DNA of 64,000 bases from Paramecium tetraurelia (taxonomy: Eukaryota). Each line of letters starts with the position of its first letter. The first letter of the stretch is position 1. The position numbers and the translations under genes were made by a program. The notes under the pieces were generated by a model. The model saw only the letters and a program-made list of their open reading frames with translations. It did no database searches and was not told the DNA's origin. Below are positions 42,589 through 55,674 of the stretch, piece by piece. Location of the stretch: assembly GCA_000165425.1 (NCBI GenBank), contig CT868002.1, positions 62,001 through 126,000 of the forward strand. The letters are read 5' to 3'.

Positions 42589-45500
42589 TCAATCAGCCAT
42601 CAAAGAACAGAAACATACTTTTTCTTAAGTCTCCTCCTCTTAAATAGCGTTAATTACACTTCTTAGGTTCTCTTAGGTAATTTCAACAACTTTTGTGTTA
42701 ATTAGACATGTTCTAATTGAATATATAATATATTTACTCTATAGTTTCAGTAACATAGAAATTTGGAAATGGATTGATTGTTGGGGGACTGATATAGTCT
42801 ATAAAATTTGGAATTAAAATACCTTGATCTGATTTATGTTTTGATGCTTCAGCACAGAGATTCATAGTGAATTTGCCAATATAGCCATTCCAAGATTTGT
42901 AGAAACGATCTTAACCAACATTCAAATAAAACTAAGGCACTAAAAAATGGTTAATCTTATCAAAATGAATTGATTCTTATTTATTCTAAAATTTTATATA
43001 TCCTTCTGCAATTCTTGTTACTCTGTTATATGAAAAGAAAATAAAATGCCATTTTGTTTCTTGTTAATCTTAAGGAATTATCTGAACAATATTTGGTTCT
43101 CCATTCCCGTTTAAACCTTAATAACTGTAGGTAGAAAACGCATAGATACCATCCTATGAAGGTGAGACCCAAGCAGCTAAAGTTCTATCACCTAAGATTT
43201 GATCATTTTTGTTTGTTTCACCTTTATTAATATGTAAACGAAATGCTAAATGCCATTAGTCCATTTTTGTGGGTTCCCATTTAAACCATCCGAAAACGCT
43301 ATATTCATTTGGAAATTTATCTAAAGAATTAGACTGCATTTCTGGTAAAAGATCCCTTTATTCTTGAAACTTCTATGTATCTTATATGAAAATTTGCTGT
43401 AAATATTAATCACAACATTCTTATGGTTATGGATTACATTCTAAAGAGTACTAATTTAATTAATCTGTTGTATCAATAAAAGCAGCAGATCCTATTTTAA
43501 ATGTAGCTTTAGTGAATTACCCATTGATAGCTGGATATTTAGAAAGATCAGAACCTCCAATAATAAGTTTTAAATAGATGATGGTTTGATGATCTGCATT
43601 AAATGCAACAGATTAAGGTTCTTAGTCAGAATATTTTACAAAACCAACAGCTTTGTTGATAGTACTGCTGTAACTAAAATGAAAATATGTCCAAACCCCT
43701 TCAATATCATCATATTTAATTTACTCATTTAGATTCTAATTGGTGTCTTTATAATCATCAGTAAAGAATGCATAAAATCCTTAGCCTTGCCAAATCCCTA
43801 ATAATCTATCTCCTTTTTCTGTATCCTAATATTTTAAATTGTTTGTTAATCTACTCACAAAATACCATGGCTCTGTCTTTCCTTAATACATTGGTTTTGG
43901 ATACCTCGTAAGATATCTTAACCAAAATGAATATCCATATCCTTCGATTAGATTTTCTGTTATTTCAACTTTTGCAATCGATTATATATCGTCATATGCT
44001 GAATCAAAAATAGTTTCATCAGATATTTAACAATGATACTCAGAGCTTAACTCAGGAATTTATATAGGGAATTTGAGAAGATTGGCTGATTCAGGAGTAT
44101 ATGATGGATGGAATTGTGAATTATATAGATCTTAGCATGTGACGTAATTTAGGTCTGCAATATATCCATTAAATGCTGGATAGAATTTATCCTTACCAAT
44201 AAAGATTCTAAAAACTGGAACTAAATAATGATTAACATTTTCAAATTTAAGATCCAATTTATCATCCTTGAAAATAATAGAACCATAAGCTTAACGAGTC
44301 TCTCTATTATATTAAAATGAAATATAATGCCATTGAATATGCTTATTCTTATGATCTATATTTTTAACAATATTTGACTACCCAACTCCAAACATATTTT
44401 AATAAGAATATGTAGAGAAAGTATATAACTATTTTTCACTTAACTAAACAGCAAGTGTTCTATCCCCTAATTCCAAATTTTTATTTGTTTCCTGATCGTT
44501 AATTGTAATTCTAAATGCTAAGTGCTCAGGTTCTTAAACTATTTCTACCCATTTGTACCAACCTCCTATCCCATATAAGGTTGGAAACTCCTTCCTTTAA
44601 TTATCAAAGTGTTCATAGAATTCTTATTAAGAAGAATCGTATTTCTTGATTCCTTAACTTAATTACATGATTTCATTTTTATCTCTACAATCAGGTTCTG
44701 GTCTATGGTTACAAGCCATTACAAATTTATTAAATTCATCTTCTGTATTCACAAAGGATCCAGCACCTATCTTGAAAATAGGCGATGAGATCTACCCATT
44801 GAATCCTGGGTACTAATTCAGATTTGAACCACCAATAATCAATCTTAAGAAATTAGGTTATTCATGCATGGCATCAAGAACAACTATTTTAGTATTATCT
44901 TCAATTTTCATTATTCCAACTGCTTAACCTTATTTATAACTAAAATGAATATATGTCCACACTCCTTCAATGTCTTCATAAGGCAATGTGATTTACAAAT
45001 TAGGATTTTTGGATGTTATATCATTTGTAACAAATGTATATCCAGCTTACCCTAACCATATAGCCAATATTCTATCCCCCATATTTATATTATCATAAGG
45101 ATCATTTTTAGTTAATCTTGAGATAAAATACCATGGTTCACTTATCCCTTTCATTTACTTTTGGGGCCATCTCGTCAGCCACCGAATCCAATAACCATAT
45201 CCATATTCATTCGCTCCTCTTATTTTATCATCTCCAACTTTTAGATCCAAAACTGAAGTCTAGCTTGAAGACATATCTACAATGGAGGATTCTCCACTTA
45301 CACAACTTTTGCTCACCGTTTATTCTTACTTAAGATCAATTAAGTTGATATTATTGATAACATCTCTCTAAGAAGATGTTTTTTCTACTTAAATCTATTC
45401 TGGAAATTCTATAAAAATGTCTTTTAATTGAGTTTATTCTAATTTGCTTTATTAAAAGTGATTCGAGAGATCATTATCACATTTATTTTTAATTCTTTAG

Positions 45501-46071
45501 ATTTTACTGATTACTTCTTCATAATTTATATCAATAAGATTTTTATGTTCACCCTATATTTCAACAAGTTATTCTAACAAAGTTTTTATTTTATTTGATA
45601 GGATCTCGCAACTTTTTATCCTCTCTTGCTTATCCAAAGTCTTAATTATTTAATTTAGTAGAAACCTGATATCCTCAAATTGATGGCTTATCAATTTTTC
45701 TGTGATTTTGATACGTCCCAAAATGTCAGATTTTTGTTTAAGTAGGTAAGAGTATTGAAAATTCTCTAAATAAACAAATGTTTAAAAATTCTACTCCTCT
45801 AATTCCCTTCTGACTAAAACTTATAATTCTCTCAATTCATTAATATGTTCCCCTATTTATCCATTCTAAATATACTGGAGAGTCTAATTTAATTGAATGA
45901 AACCTTCCTCGGCTTCTATTAACTTAGTATGGTCACATCCATATGATTCTATATCAATCTAAGTCAAAAATTGAATATTAATTAAATGGGATTTAGCAAC
46001 TAAAATTTATACTAATCATTGCTACTTAATACTTCTAAAAGTACCCAAATTACAGCAACTCTGCTAATCAT
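42589..46071 (-). CDS. Secreted protein with N-terminal coiled coil and four LamG/concanavalin-A-like repeats
   Basis: Signal-like MISRVAVIWVLL. Four repeats with YG..W..W / GDR.LA.W / FNG.I motifs. Fold assignment is an inference. Confidence 0.75.
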
Positions 46072-46940
46072 AATTATTAATAATAAAAACGGATTTCAAA
46101 AGCAATTAAGTACGAATTCAGATATGTATTATAAAAAAATTAAAAACAATTTAATAATGCAAATAATCTGTTTGGCTAATATCAATTAAGTCATGTTTTT
46201 CATTCTCTATACCTATTCAGAATCGAATGAAAGCTTTAATATAGAGACAATTCTCCAAAAATTGGATTTTTATCATGTTGAAAATATAGATGTCCTTTTG
46301 TTCTTAGAGGCATATTATAAGTTGCAAAATATGACTTACTCAAACTAATAATTATGTATCATCACTTTCTATTATTTATTAAAATAATTGAAGCTTAAAA
46401 TTTGATTATCGGTAGAATGAAAATAAAGAAAATCTTTTACAATTTTGTGTTGAACCAAAAATAAGTAGAGGAATTGGATGATTAAATCAAAAATACTCTC
46501 AAATATCAAGCATATTATTTTTATTATTCCTGGCATATCTTAAGATTTTAGATTTGAATTGACAAAGGGTTGCTGAAAAATTAGTAGAAAAATGTTATGG
46601 TTTCTTACAATTTACATCTATCCAATAATCAGATTGAAGTTTTGATAATATAACTAAAGTAGAAAATATTATTTGTCAGTTTTATATTAATAGGGGAATT
46701 CTGCATCTAGATAACTAAAATAAGAATTATTAGGTAAGTACATTTTAGGAAAGATTTTGTTTAGATTTTAGAATATCTTAATGTAACTTAAAAATCAAAA
46801 ATGAACAGAAGTTAACAAATGTAAACTTTGTAAGTTAAAAACCCTGATAAAAAGTTTAAACGAAATTCTATTAAATTATTATAAATGTCTTTTCTTGACA
46901 AATGTATTTCACTAAAAAAAATACTATTCTCTTAAACTAA

Positions 46941-48611
46941 ATGAGAAATTGCAAAATGATAGAGAATGAAGAATAGCTCTTATGCTCGAATAATTAGCAT
47001 ATTCCTAGTCCAGCTATTGCTATATTACTTGATAAAGATCTTGAAGGAACGTAACAATTAGTATGTCAATAATGTGTACTAAATCATATAGGATGTTTAA
47101 ATGGAATTTCGATCACTTAAGGATTGGTTAGAATACAATAATTAAAGGAACAAATTTTTGATCAAATTGGAATCCTCTTTTAAGAAACTTTTCATTATTT
47201 GAAGATTTTTCAAGAAAAAATTTTATAAGTCAAACAAGAGTTTTTACAGACCATAAATTAAGTTATCGATCCCCTTGAATTATGGATGAAATAATTAGAA
47301 GAACTAAAAGAAGGCTATTCCTAATATAGTATATATACTGAGATTAATAATCTTACTAAACCAACCGATTTACTAATAGAATAAGAAAAATAATAATTTC
47401 AAAACAGGATATAAAAAATAAATAATTAATATTTGACCAAGACTGCTTAATATTTAAAAGTATTAGACAATTTCATAGCAGATAAGAAATTACTTCTAAA
47501 ACTGAATTAGTTATAAGATTCAACTTCGAATAAAGAAAAAATACTTAACGAAGAGAGTGTTAATACTGGATAATAAAAAGAGTCAAATCAAGCAATTAGT
47601 TAAAGCTATAAATAAGAAAGAATATAACATAAATTAATTCAAGAGGTTTATTAAGAACAAGAGTGCCATGCATTAGATTTTAATAAAGATAACTCCCTTG
47701 TAGCTGCATCATGTAAAGAAAATATTAAAATCTGGAAATTTATAGAAGGATAGTTGATTAATCAAAATATCTTGTTGACTGGTCATGAAAGTGATGTTTT
47801 CTGTATTTTATTCAGTAAAAAGATTAATTGGATTGTATCTGGTGACAAAACTAATCAAATTAGAAGTTGGATTGAATGTAAAGATGTTCAAGGGAAAACT
47901 TATTGGTAAAGCTCTTTACCCCTTGAGGTGCATAAATCTGAGATTTTATGTCTACATTTAAATAAAAATGAAGATGAATTAATATCTGCAAGTGGAGACA
48001 GTACGATAAAGGTATGGGGAGTCAACTGCAACTTAAATAAAATAGAATTCTAATATTCCCTTGAGAAACACACAAGTTATGTTGATAAAATAAGCTTAAA
48101 TTCAACAGAAACGAATATGGTATCTTGTGGATGGGATCAATAAATTATTGTATGGGAAAAGGATGATAGTAAAAGATGGTAATTTAAATATATAGTTGAA
48201 TAATCTATTGAAGATATTGGATTCAGAATAGGATTTTTATAAGATGATACAGTTGTTTGGTGTTAGCTTTGCGAACCGTTTTTACATGTTTTCAAATTGT
48301 AAAATGGAACATTTTAAGAAAGGTCAGATTTAATAGTTAAATTACAAAATATAAAAACTGAAAATAATTATAATGACTTTAATCTTTTTTAATTAAAATA
48401 TTTACAATAAGAAAAAGTGCTAATCTTTAAGTATAACCGATATGTGTATTTGATGAGAGAGACTTTAGATTCCACTTTTATTTTTCCTTGTGAACCTATT
48501 GATTGCTAATCAATTGAATGCTATGGTAATATAACAGATAATGGAAGGTATTTAATAGTTTGGAATGAACATTCAAAGTAATTATAAAGTTTTGAAATTG
48601 AATATCAATGA
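46941..48611 (+). CDS. WD40-repeat protein (same family as 32217-34655)
   Basis: C..H..CQQC N-terminus and coiled coil, then CHALDFNKDNSL, GHESDV, SASGDSTIKVW and YGNITDNGRYLIVW. Confidence 0.87.
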
Positions 48612-48958
48612 ATAAAAATAATTTTTACATTAAATGAACAAACATAATTAAATAAAATGGAAAATTTTCATTATCGATTTTGAATTTCTCACCTATGATA
48701 AGATAATTAGTAGAATTTATTCATTTCGATATTGTAAAATTTTTTGTGCTAAATATGTTATTACAACTTTGGTTTTTAGAACTCTAGATTATTATTATCA
48801 TCTTTTTAAAAGTGATCAATATCAAAAATAACATCACTGAGATGAATTTTTTTTATTGGGAAATTAAGGAAAGAAAATTGATAGATGAAAAATGGATAGA
48901 CAGAGAAAGAGACTTTAATTGGATGATTAATAAACTATATAATTCTGATTAGAATCTA

Positions 48959-50458
48959 TCAATTTATTGATTATTTTAGTTAATTTGTCTCTTCTTTAAC
49001 TTCAATGAACATCTAAGTAGCACTCTTCTCCCAATTCAGCATAATCAATCTCAAGAATAAGACTAAAGCACTCACTGACAATCCACATGCCCATCCAAAC
49101 CATAATCCCTTTAATCCATAACCATGATAATATCCCCAATATATTCCTGTACCTATTCCTATAGCATATTAGCATAACAATTGAACATTGATAGTAAATG
49201 TTACTTCACCCAGAGCACCCAAAAGATTAGCAAGCATAATTTACATCCCACCGATTGTAAGTGTAGGCAAGAATAATTTTAAGTTGTTAGACAATATAAG
49301 AGATGTTTCATTATCCATATAAAAGAGAGCAATCCATTATTTCTTAAATACTACCAATAGGAAACTCAACAATATTCCAGTCATAAAACTTGTTGCTAAG
49401 TAATGCCAGACATGTTTTCTTCCCTTTTCATATTCCTGATCTTTGAACAGTCTCCTTATTCTAGAAGCAGCTGTCATTGCTACACCCAAAAAAAACATGT
49501 ACAATGCTTAAGCTGTGAATATGAGACACACACAAACCGAGAATTCTTCATAGGTTAGCCACAATGCGACAAACCCCATTATTTCGAACGACACATTTTA
49601 TAGATAGTTTTTGAAGGAGGAATGCAATAATCCATATGAAAATTGAAAAATTGATTTTAAAGTTCTTCTGTCCCATTCAATCCATGCAGGATGATTTTTT
49701 TAATATTTAAAGATATAAATATACAAAAGCAGAGTAGATGTACAACTTGAAAAATTCTTACACCATGCTGCTCCTCTTATGCCAAGATCCATATATACTA
49801 TGAATTATTTAGACAAATAAATATGCAAGATCTTTTTATATTAATGAAATTATTTACTGTAGTAAATGTGTGTATTACTAATACTGGATAATCAATGCCC
49901 ATTGACTTCAAATAATTCTTGGTGCAATCAAAATAAGTGAATGCATACAATGCAGGTAGCATTTCCCATACGTATTGAATAGCTTTCTATGCTACAATTC
50001 TTTGATAATTAGAATAACTTACATTGGAATATTGAATTAGGAAAGGATATATGTTGAACCAGCTATAGCAGGAGTTATCACGATCAGAAAAACCCCATTC
50101 AATAATAAAGATCTTTAGTATGAGATCCCAATCTTCACATATTGATGCTATTTAAACTATCTAGTCATAATTGTAGTGATGCTAGAATTCATACAAAGCA
50201 ACAGTCCTTTCACTAATAAATTCACATATATTGTCCCAAAGCCTATCCCAATCACGTCTTCAATAATCATAAATCATTACTGTCTCTTCCTATGATGAAA
50301 TACATATTCACTAACGTTGTAAGAATACTCAATTCCTATTTTCATAAATTTCCACAATATACCATTCCAATAACGGTAGGCAGTGCCTTTACCAATAACG
50401 TTTCGAAACTGGACATAAACTGAGAAAACGTTGTGATTTCCATATTCTCCTCTGTCAT
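48959..50458 (-). CDS. MATE-family multidrug/toxin efflux transporter
   Basis: Multiple hydrophobic helices; KALPTVIGM, GIGFG, LGIRGAAW, GILSWLYGLKGLWFGWACG. Confidence 0.85.
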
Positions 50459-52328
50459 CTATACCAATTATATAATAAATTAAGAATATAAATCGAATTG
50501 GATATTGGACTTCACCCAATAAAATCAAATAAACTTTGTATTCCATCATATTAATTGGTATTACGAAATATGGATGCCAATAAATGAGCTCTCACCTTAT
50601 ACAAAGAAAATCAATACATTTCTCATTCTCCAAATTGATTTCTCATCAAATTTCCGTTGTCTCCTCTCTTAGCATTTAAAAAACAGGGCTCCTATCTTTT
50701 TTAAATAGACTCTCTCCTCCATAGTTATTATATACATTTTGTAACTTGATCAAATCCAATTAGAACTGATTAAATATACAACAATTGTCTATACTTTCTT
50801 ATTGAGCATAATTTTAAATGGATTCACTTATTCTTTATTTATTGTAAATAATATTTTTATCTTAATAGCTTGATTCCTACTCATTTCCTCAATATATTAG
50901 TATTCTCACAAATTAGAATTATATTTAAATGGGTTATACTTAAAAATTCCAAATACTGACACTAATTGTTATTTATTATAATTCTAATAATTTAGATTCA
51001 ATTAATTAGGAATGAATCTAAGCTTTGAAAATAAATTAACAATAATTACTGCAAATTATCTTTCAAATAATTGTAAAATTACTGCTTAATCTAACTAGTA
51101 ATAATTTTTGTTGAAAAAATTAAATTTAGTAAAATAAAATATTATTATTATTAAATACTCAATATACTTTTCATTTATTATATAATAAACTTATTTATAA
51201 GTTCAATGATTAAATAGTGTGTTTTTCTTCAGATCATTTTAATTGTCATTTAAACATCTCACACAACAGATCCATCAGGATTAATAAATCAATTAGAATA
51301 GTAAAATAATAATGCTTAAATAAACATCTTATTTGGAGAATTAGAATACCTTAAGAAAACATAAGAAATTATTCCATTAATTATTTAAATCCAAAGTAGT
51401 TTTTTAAGCAAAGATAATTCCTAAAATTGAATTAAATAAATATTTAAATAATAATATTATTCAAAATATATGATTACAGAAATAGATTTAAACGATATAA
51501 TAATTTAAATCATCTTAGATCCTTAAAAGTTAAATAAAATTTCTCTTTGATTTAACTTAACTTATTATAATTATCTGAATATAAATTTTTATAAACGAAG
51601 TGAATTAACGTTGATATATATACTGATTAATTAAGTTTCTATATATGAAAATTTTAGTTCAATCAATAGAAGCACTAAAATCCATAATATCAATATTAAA
51701 CAAATATCAAAGGCAAAATTAATTATTAGAATTATCATAATGCCTTCAAATAATATACATTTTTTATTCGAAAGTCTACTTAAGTCTTTGATAATAACTT
51801 TCAAATGAGGCTAAATTTATAACCTTTCTTTAAATTGTCTTTTAATATCCTCATAAATTACACAAAATAATTGAAGATTGTCGAAAAAATTTCTAAGTTA
51901 ATGTTTACTATAAACTATCATTTAAGGGTAGGGGCAATTTACAAAAATAAGTTCTTTATTCTGAAACTTCAACTATGCTGTTATTTAAAATTCATATGAT
52001 AATATCAGATTATCTAAGGAGATAATTGTAATTATGATTCACAGGAAACCAATTCACCTAAGTACTCTGTTGTAATATAAAATAAGAAACTAATTCTTAA
52101 TAAAACTTGAGTTGGATAATGAAATAAAATAATGTTATGCTAATAATATAGGAATATTCCTTATTAACAAATTCATCATGCTTAACTAAATCTATATTTA
52201 ATTTATATTCAAAAAAGGTTAACAAATATTAAACTATATATATTCTTAGACTAGAATTCTCATAACAAATATATCATTTTCTTCCTTGTTTTATTTATTT
52301 ATTTTATAATTAATAATAATTTTAATTT

Positions 52329-53050
52329 ATGATAGTATTTTGTGCTAATTCATTGCCTTAAGTCATTGCAAATTAAGGTCTCCGATAATTCTAGGTAATT
52401 TTATAATCTTTGAAACCTTAACTGATACTTAATCAATGTGGAGGAGATATTGAAACACGAGCACAATATTTTAAAAAGCATTTAAGTAAATTCAATGAAC
52501 CATTTCATTTAATTGGTTATGGGATTGCTGGATTGGATTTAAGATATGTTTTAAGTCAAAACGGCGATATTCGAGCCAAATCTTTAATTACTATTGGCAC
52601 ACCTCATAGGGGATCAATTTTAAGTGATTTGTATAGAAGAAGGAGAATTGAAGATGATGTTATTGAACCAATTTGCAGAGTATTAGGAGTTAGATATAAT
52701 TTCTTTGAGGAAATTAATAGTGAAAATATTAGAGATTTCAATTTGGTGGCCACAAATTAAGAAGCTATCAAAGTAATAAAGATTAGAATATACAGTATTT
52801 TAGTTTGAATGCAGAGACAGAAGTTGGTTAGATGTCTTAAATTTATCAAGCTAGTGGTACTATCATAGAAAGTGAAAAAGAATATCCAGTAGAGAGTGGA
52901 TCAGATGGAGTCTTTGCTCATAATGAGACGAAATGGGGACAACACGTTGCTACTCTGGATTGTGATCATGGGGCAATGATTGGAATACCAAACTAGAGAA
53001 ATGGGGAATAAACTGTGGATATAATTTAATAATTGATCTAAGATTTATGA
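52329..53050 (+). CDS. Lipase-like alpha/beta hydrolase lacking the nucleophile Ser
   Basis: FHLIGYGIAGLDLRY (GHSxGG position), LITIGTPHRGS, SDGVF and CDHGAMIG; one short intron. Confidence 0.85.
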
Positions 53051-53319
53051 TCAGATAAAACAAATATAATGTAATAATTGTCAATGTAATTTTTCATATT
53101 TTAGTTTATATCTATTCATAATATATTCTTAAGAAATATTGTATTTTTGTAGAAACCCTATTATTTTACAAATATTTACTACAATATTAATGATTTTAGT
53201 AAGTTTTTATTTGTATTCTGCTGAAACAATAATGTTTTTTTTATGAAAGAAATAGAATTATATTTAATATTTTCCAATATTGACCTACTGTTTATATTTT
53301 GGAATAATCATATTTGAAT

Positions 53320-54895
53320 TCATTTAATATTTATTATATTCATAACTTATTTTGAAATACGTTCTCTTGGATGTTTTGATAGTAATTTTGGGAATGTCCC
53401 TATAGATTGAAAAGAGCGAGGCAACTTGCTTACACTATTGGTCAAGGCATTGGGTGGTATTTAAGGTAATTCAAGTGTGATAGTAGGAACAGGTTAGGTG
53501 GGTTTACCAATTTCAATTGTAGGTTTCTTAATAAATAAAGGATGCTCTTTTTATTTATTGAGGTCATTAGATTAAATAAGTAATCCATCTAATTATTCTT
53601 CACTGAGTATTGAAATGGAACCATTAAGTTTTTACAAAATGTTAGATGTGATTGAATGATTCACAGTAGTTTTAGGTTACCGAAAGCTGAGCAGACTATC
53701 ATTATTTTACAAATGGGGTTGATCTTCCTAAAATGTTCTACTAGTTTTGCTCTGTTAGATCTAGGGTTAGGAGATGGATAATTATAGAGTTTTGTTTTGA
53801 AATTGGTTGCTAGATTATTATGAATTTGTTATGGTTTGGTATTCTAACTTTGTCATGTGTACATTTTGATTTAAAAGGGTATTCTGTAATTCATTATTGT
53901 CTTTAATGTCCATTAATGGCAAGGGTCTATCTTTTTTCTTTTCAGATTTGCCATCATAAAATGAGACTCCCTCTTTCATGACTATTAAGTCTATCTAAGG
54001 CACAGTGGTTTTGATTGCAAATTGATTCATAGAGTTTTAATAGGCACTCTATCTTTCTATTAAGTCTATCTAAGGCACAGTGGTTTTGATTGCAAATTGA
54101 TTCATAGAGTTTTAATAGGCACTCTATCTTTTCCCGGAAGAGATCAATTCAGATTATAGCTTATGATTAGGAATGAGGTCTCTCACTTCAACAAGATTTC
54201 TTTTTTCTTGAATGTTTTAATGAGACTTTGGATATCTATCAATATCAGGTGGTTTTTAGACAATTACTTTACCCTCAAAGTCATATGTATATTTAGCTGA
54301 GTATAAAAATTGTATTTGTACATTTAGAGTCAACATTCAATCGCTTAAGTTGTCTAGTTTATTCTTGAACCTCTTAGTTTTTTATCTTATCATTTTACAG
54401 CTTTAGCTATTGTATTTACATCTACCTCAATTTAGCTTATCTCATGCTTTCAATGTTTGGGTCAAATTCAATATCATCATCCAACTCACCCATCTTGATT
54501 AATTAGCATTCATAGAGATCTGCGTTGCTCTAAGTTTATCCCATTGAGATTTTGGTTAATTTCTTCGTCTCGCTTCTCCGAATGGGAGAATGTTCTTAAG
54601 ACTTTACTAATGCAACTTGTCCTTGACATCTTCTCCAGTGATCAATGTTCACTGGATTGGGTTCGTCATCCTCGAATATAGTATCATCATAATCATCATT
54701 TGATATATAGTGCTTTTTAGTAAGGGTCTTGACTTGATCTTAAAACCACTGATAACCAATCAGAGGCATTTAGGATTGTATATAATTTTCACCCACTATT
54801 ACACTTCCCAAATGAACTATCAATTTGATAGAGTCTCTAGCAATTATATGAGACTCATTAATTTGTTACAACAGTTACTCTGTAAAAATGTCCAT
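53320..54895 (-). CDS. Hypothetical protein with internal 25-aa tandem duplication
   Basis: MDIFTEQLL...DEPNPVNIDHWRR...YTYDFEGK...PKHPRERISK in code 6. Confidence 0.72.
53982..54131. repeat. Perfect 2 x 75-bp tandem direct repeat within a CDS
   Basis: ctattaagtctatctaaggcacagtgg...ggcactctatcttt occurs at 53982-54056 and again at 54057-54131. Confidence 0.95.
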
Positions 54896-55674
54896 TAAAT
54901 AATAATTCAATTTATAATGTTGGCAAATAATATTTGTGTAAATTAAAAGTAATATTGTGAAAATACACAAATACACTTTGCAATAATAAATGGCAAAATT
55001 ACATATGAATAATTCTTGTAATCATTGTCATTATTACTTTTTTCTTAGAATATTTCTTTACTGCTTAACTATTTATAATAAATTAAAAAATGTAATAGAT
55101 TGATTATTTTAAAAATGTAAATTTGAAGATCCTGTTAAAAAACAGGATAAACATGTCAAAATTCGATTTGAAGTTGTATATTAAGTAAAACATGAAGATG
55201 ATTATAATTTTTAACTCTTTTTTGCATAAATATGAATCAATACTGAATGGAAGAAGAAAAATGTTTATGAAGGCATAATTCAAAATATTCAAGAAATATT
55301 TTATGATGATTTATCACTATGGTAGTATGAATGAGTTATTAATAATTGAATTTAAATTTGTAATGGGTTACTGGATAATTACTAATTGTTACTATTGAAA
55401 TTAATGACAAGAGAGGAATGCTATTCCTGTTGAAATTAAAATCAATAGTGTGTCATATAGCTAGAATTATGTTCATTTAAATTAGTTATATTATATAATT
55501 TAAGAGATCATTTAAATTTTAATTGAAGTAGAGTCGATTTCTTGTTTGATTATGAGATTTAAATTTATTACAAGCATGAGTTAGTGAAAACACAATTCGA
55601 TGGAGAATTTAATTATATTTGATTAACTCAAATATTAAGTGAATATTAAAATTAATAAATAAAAAATAGCAAGA

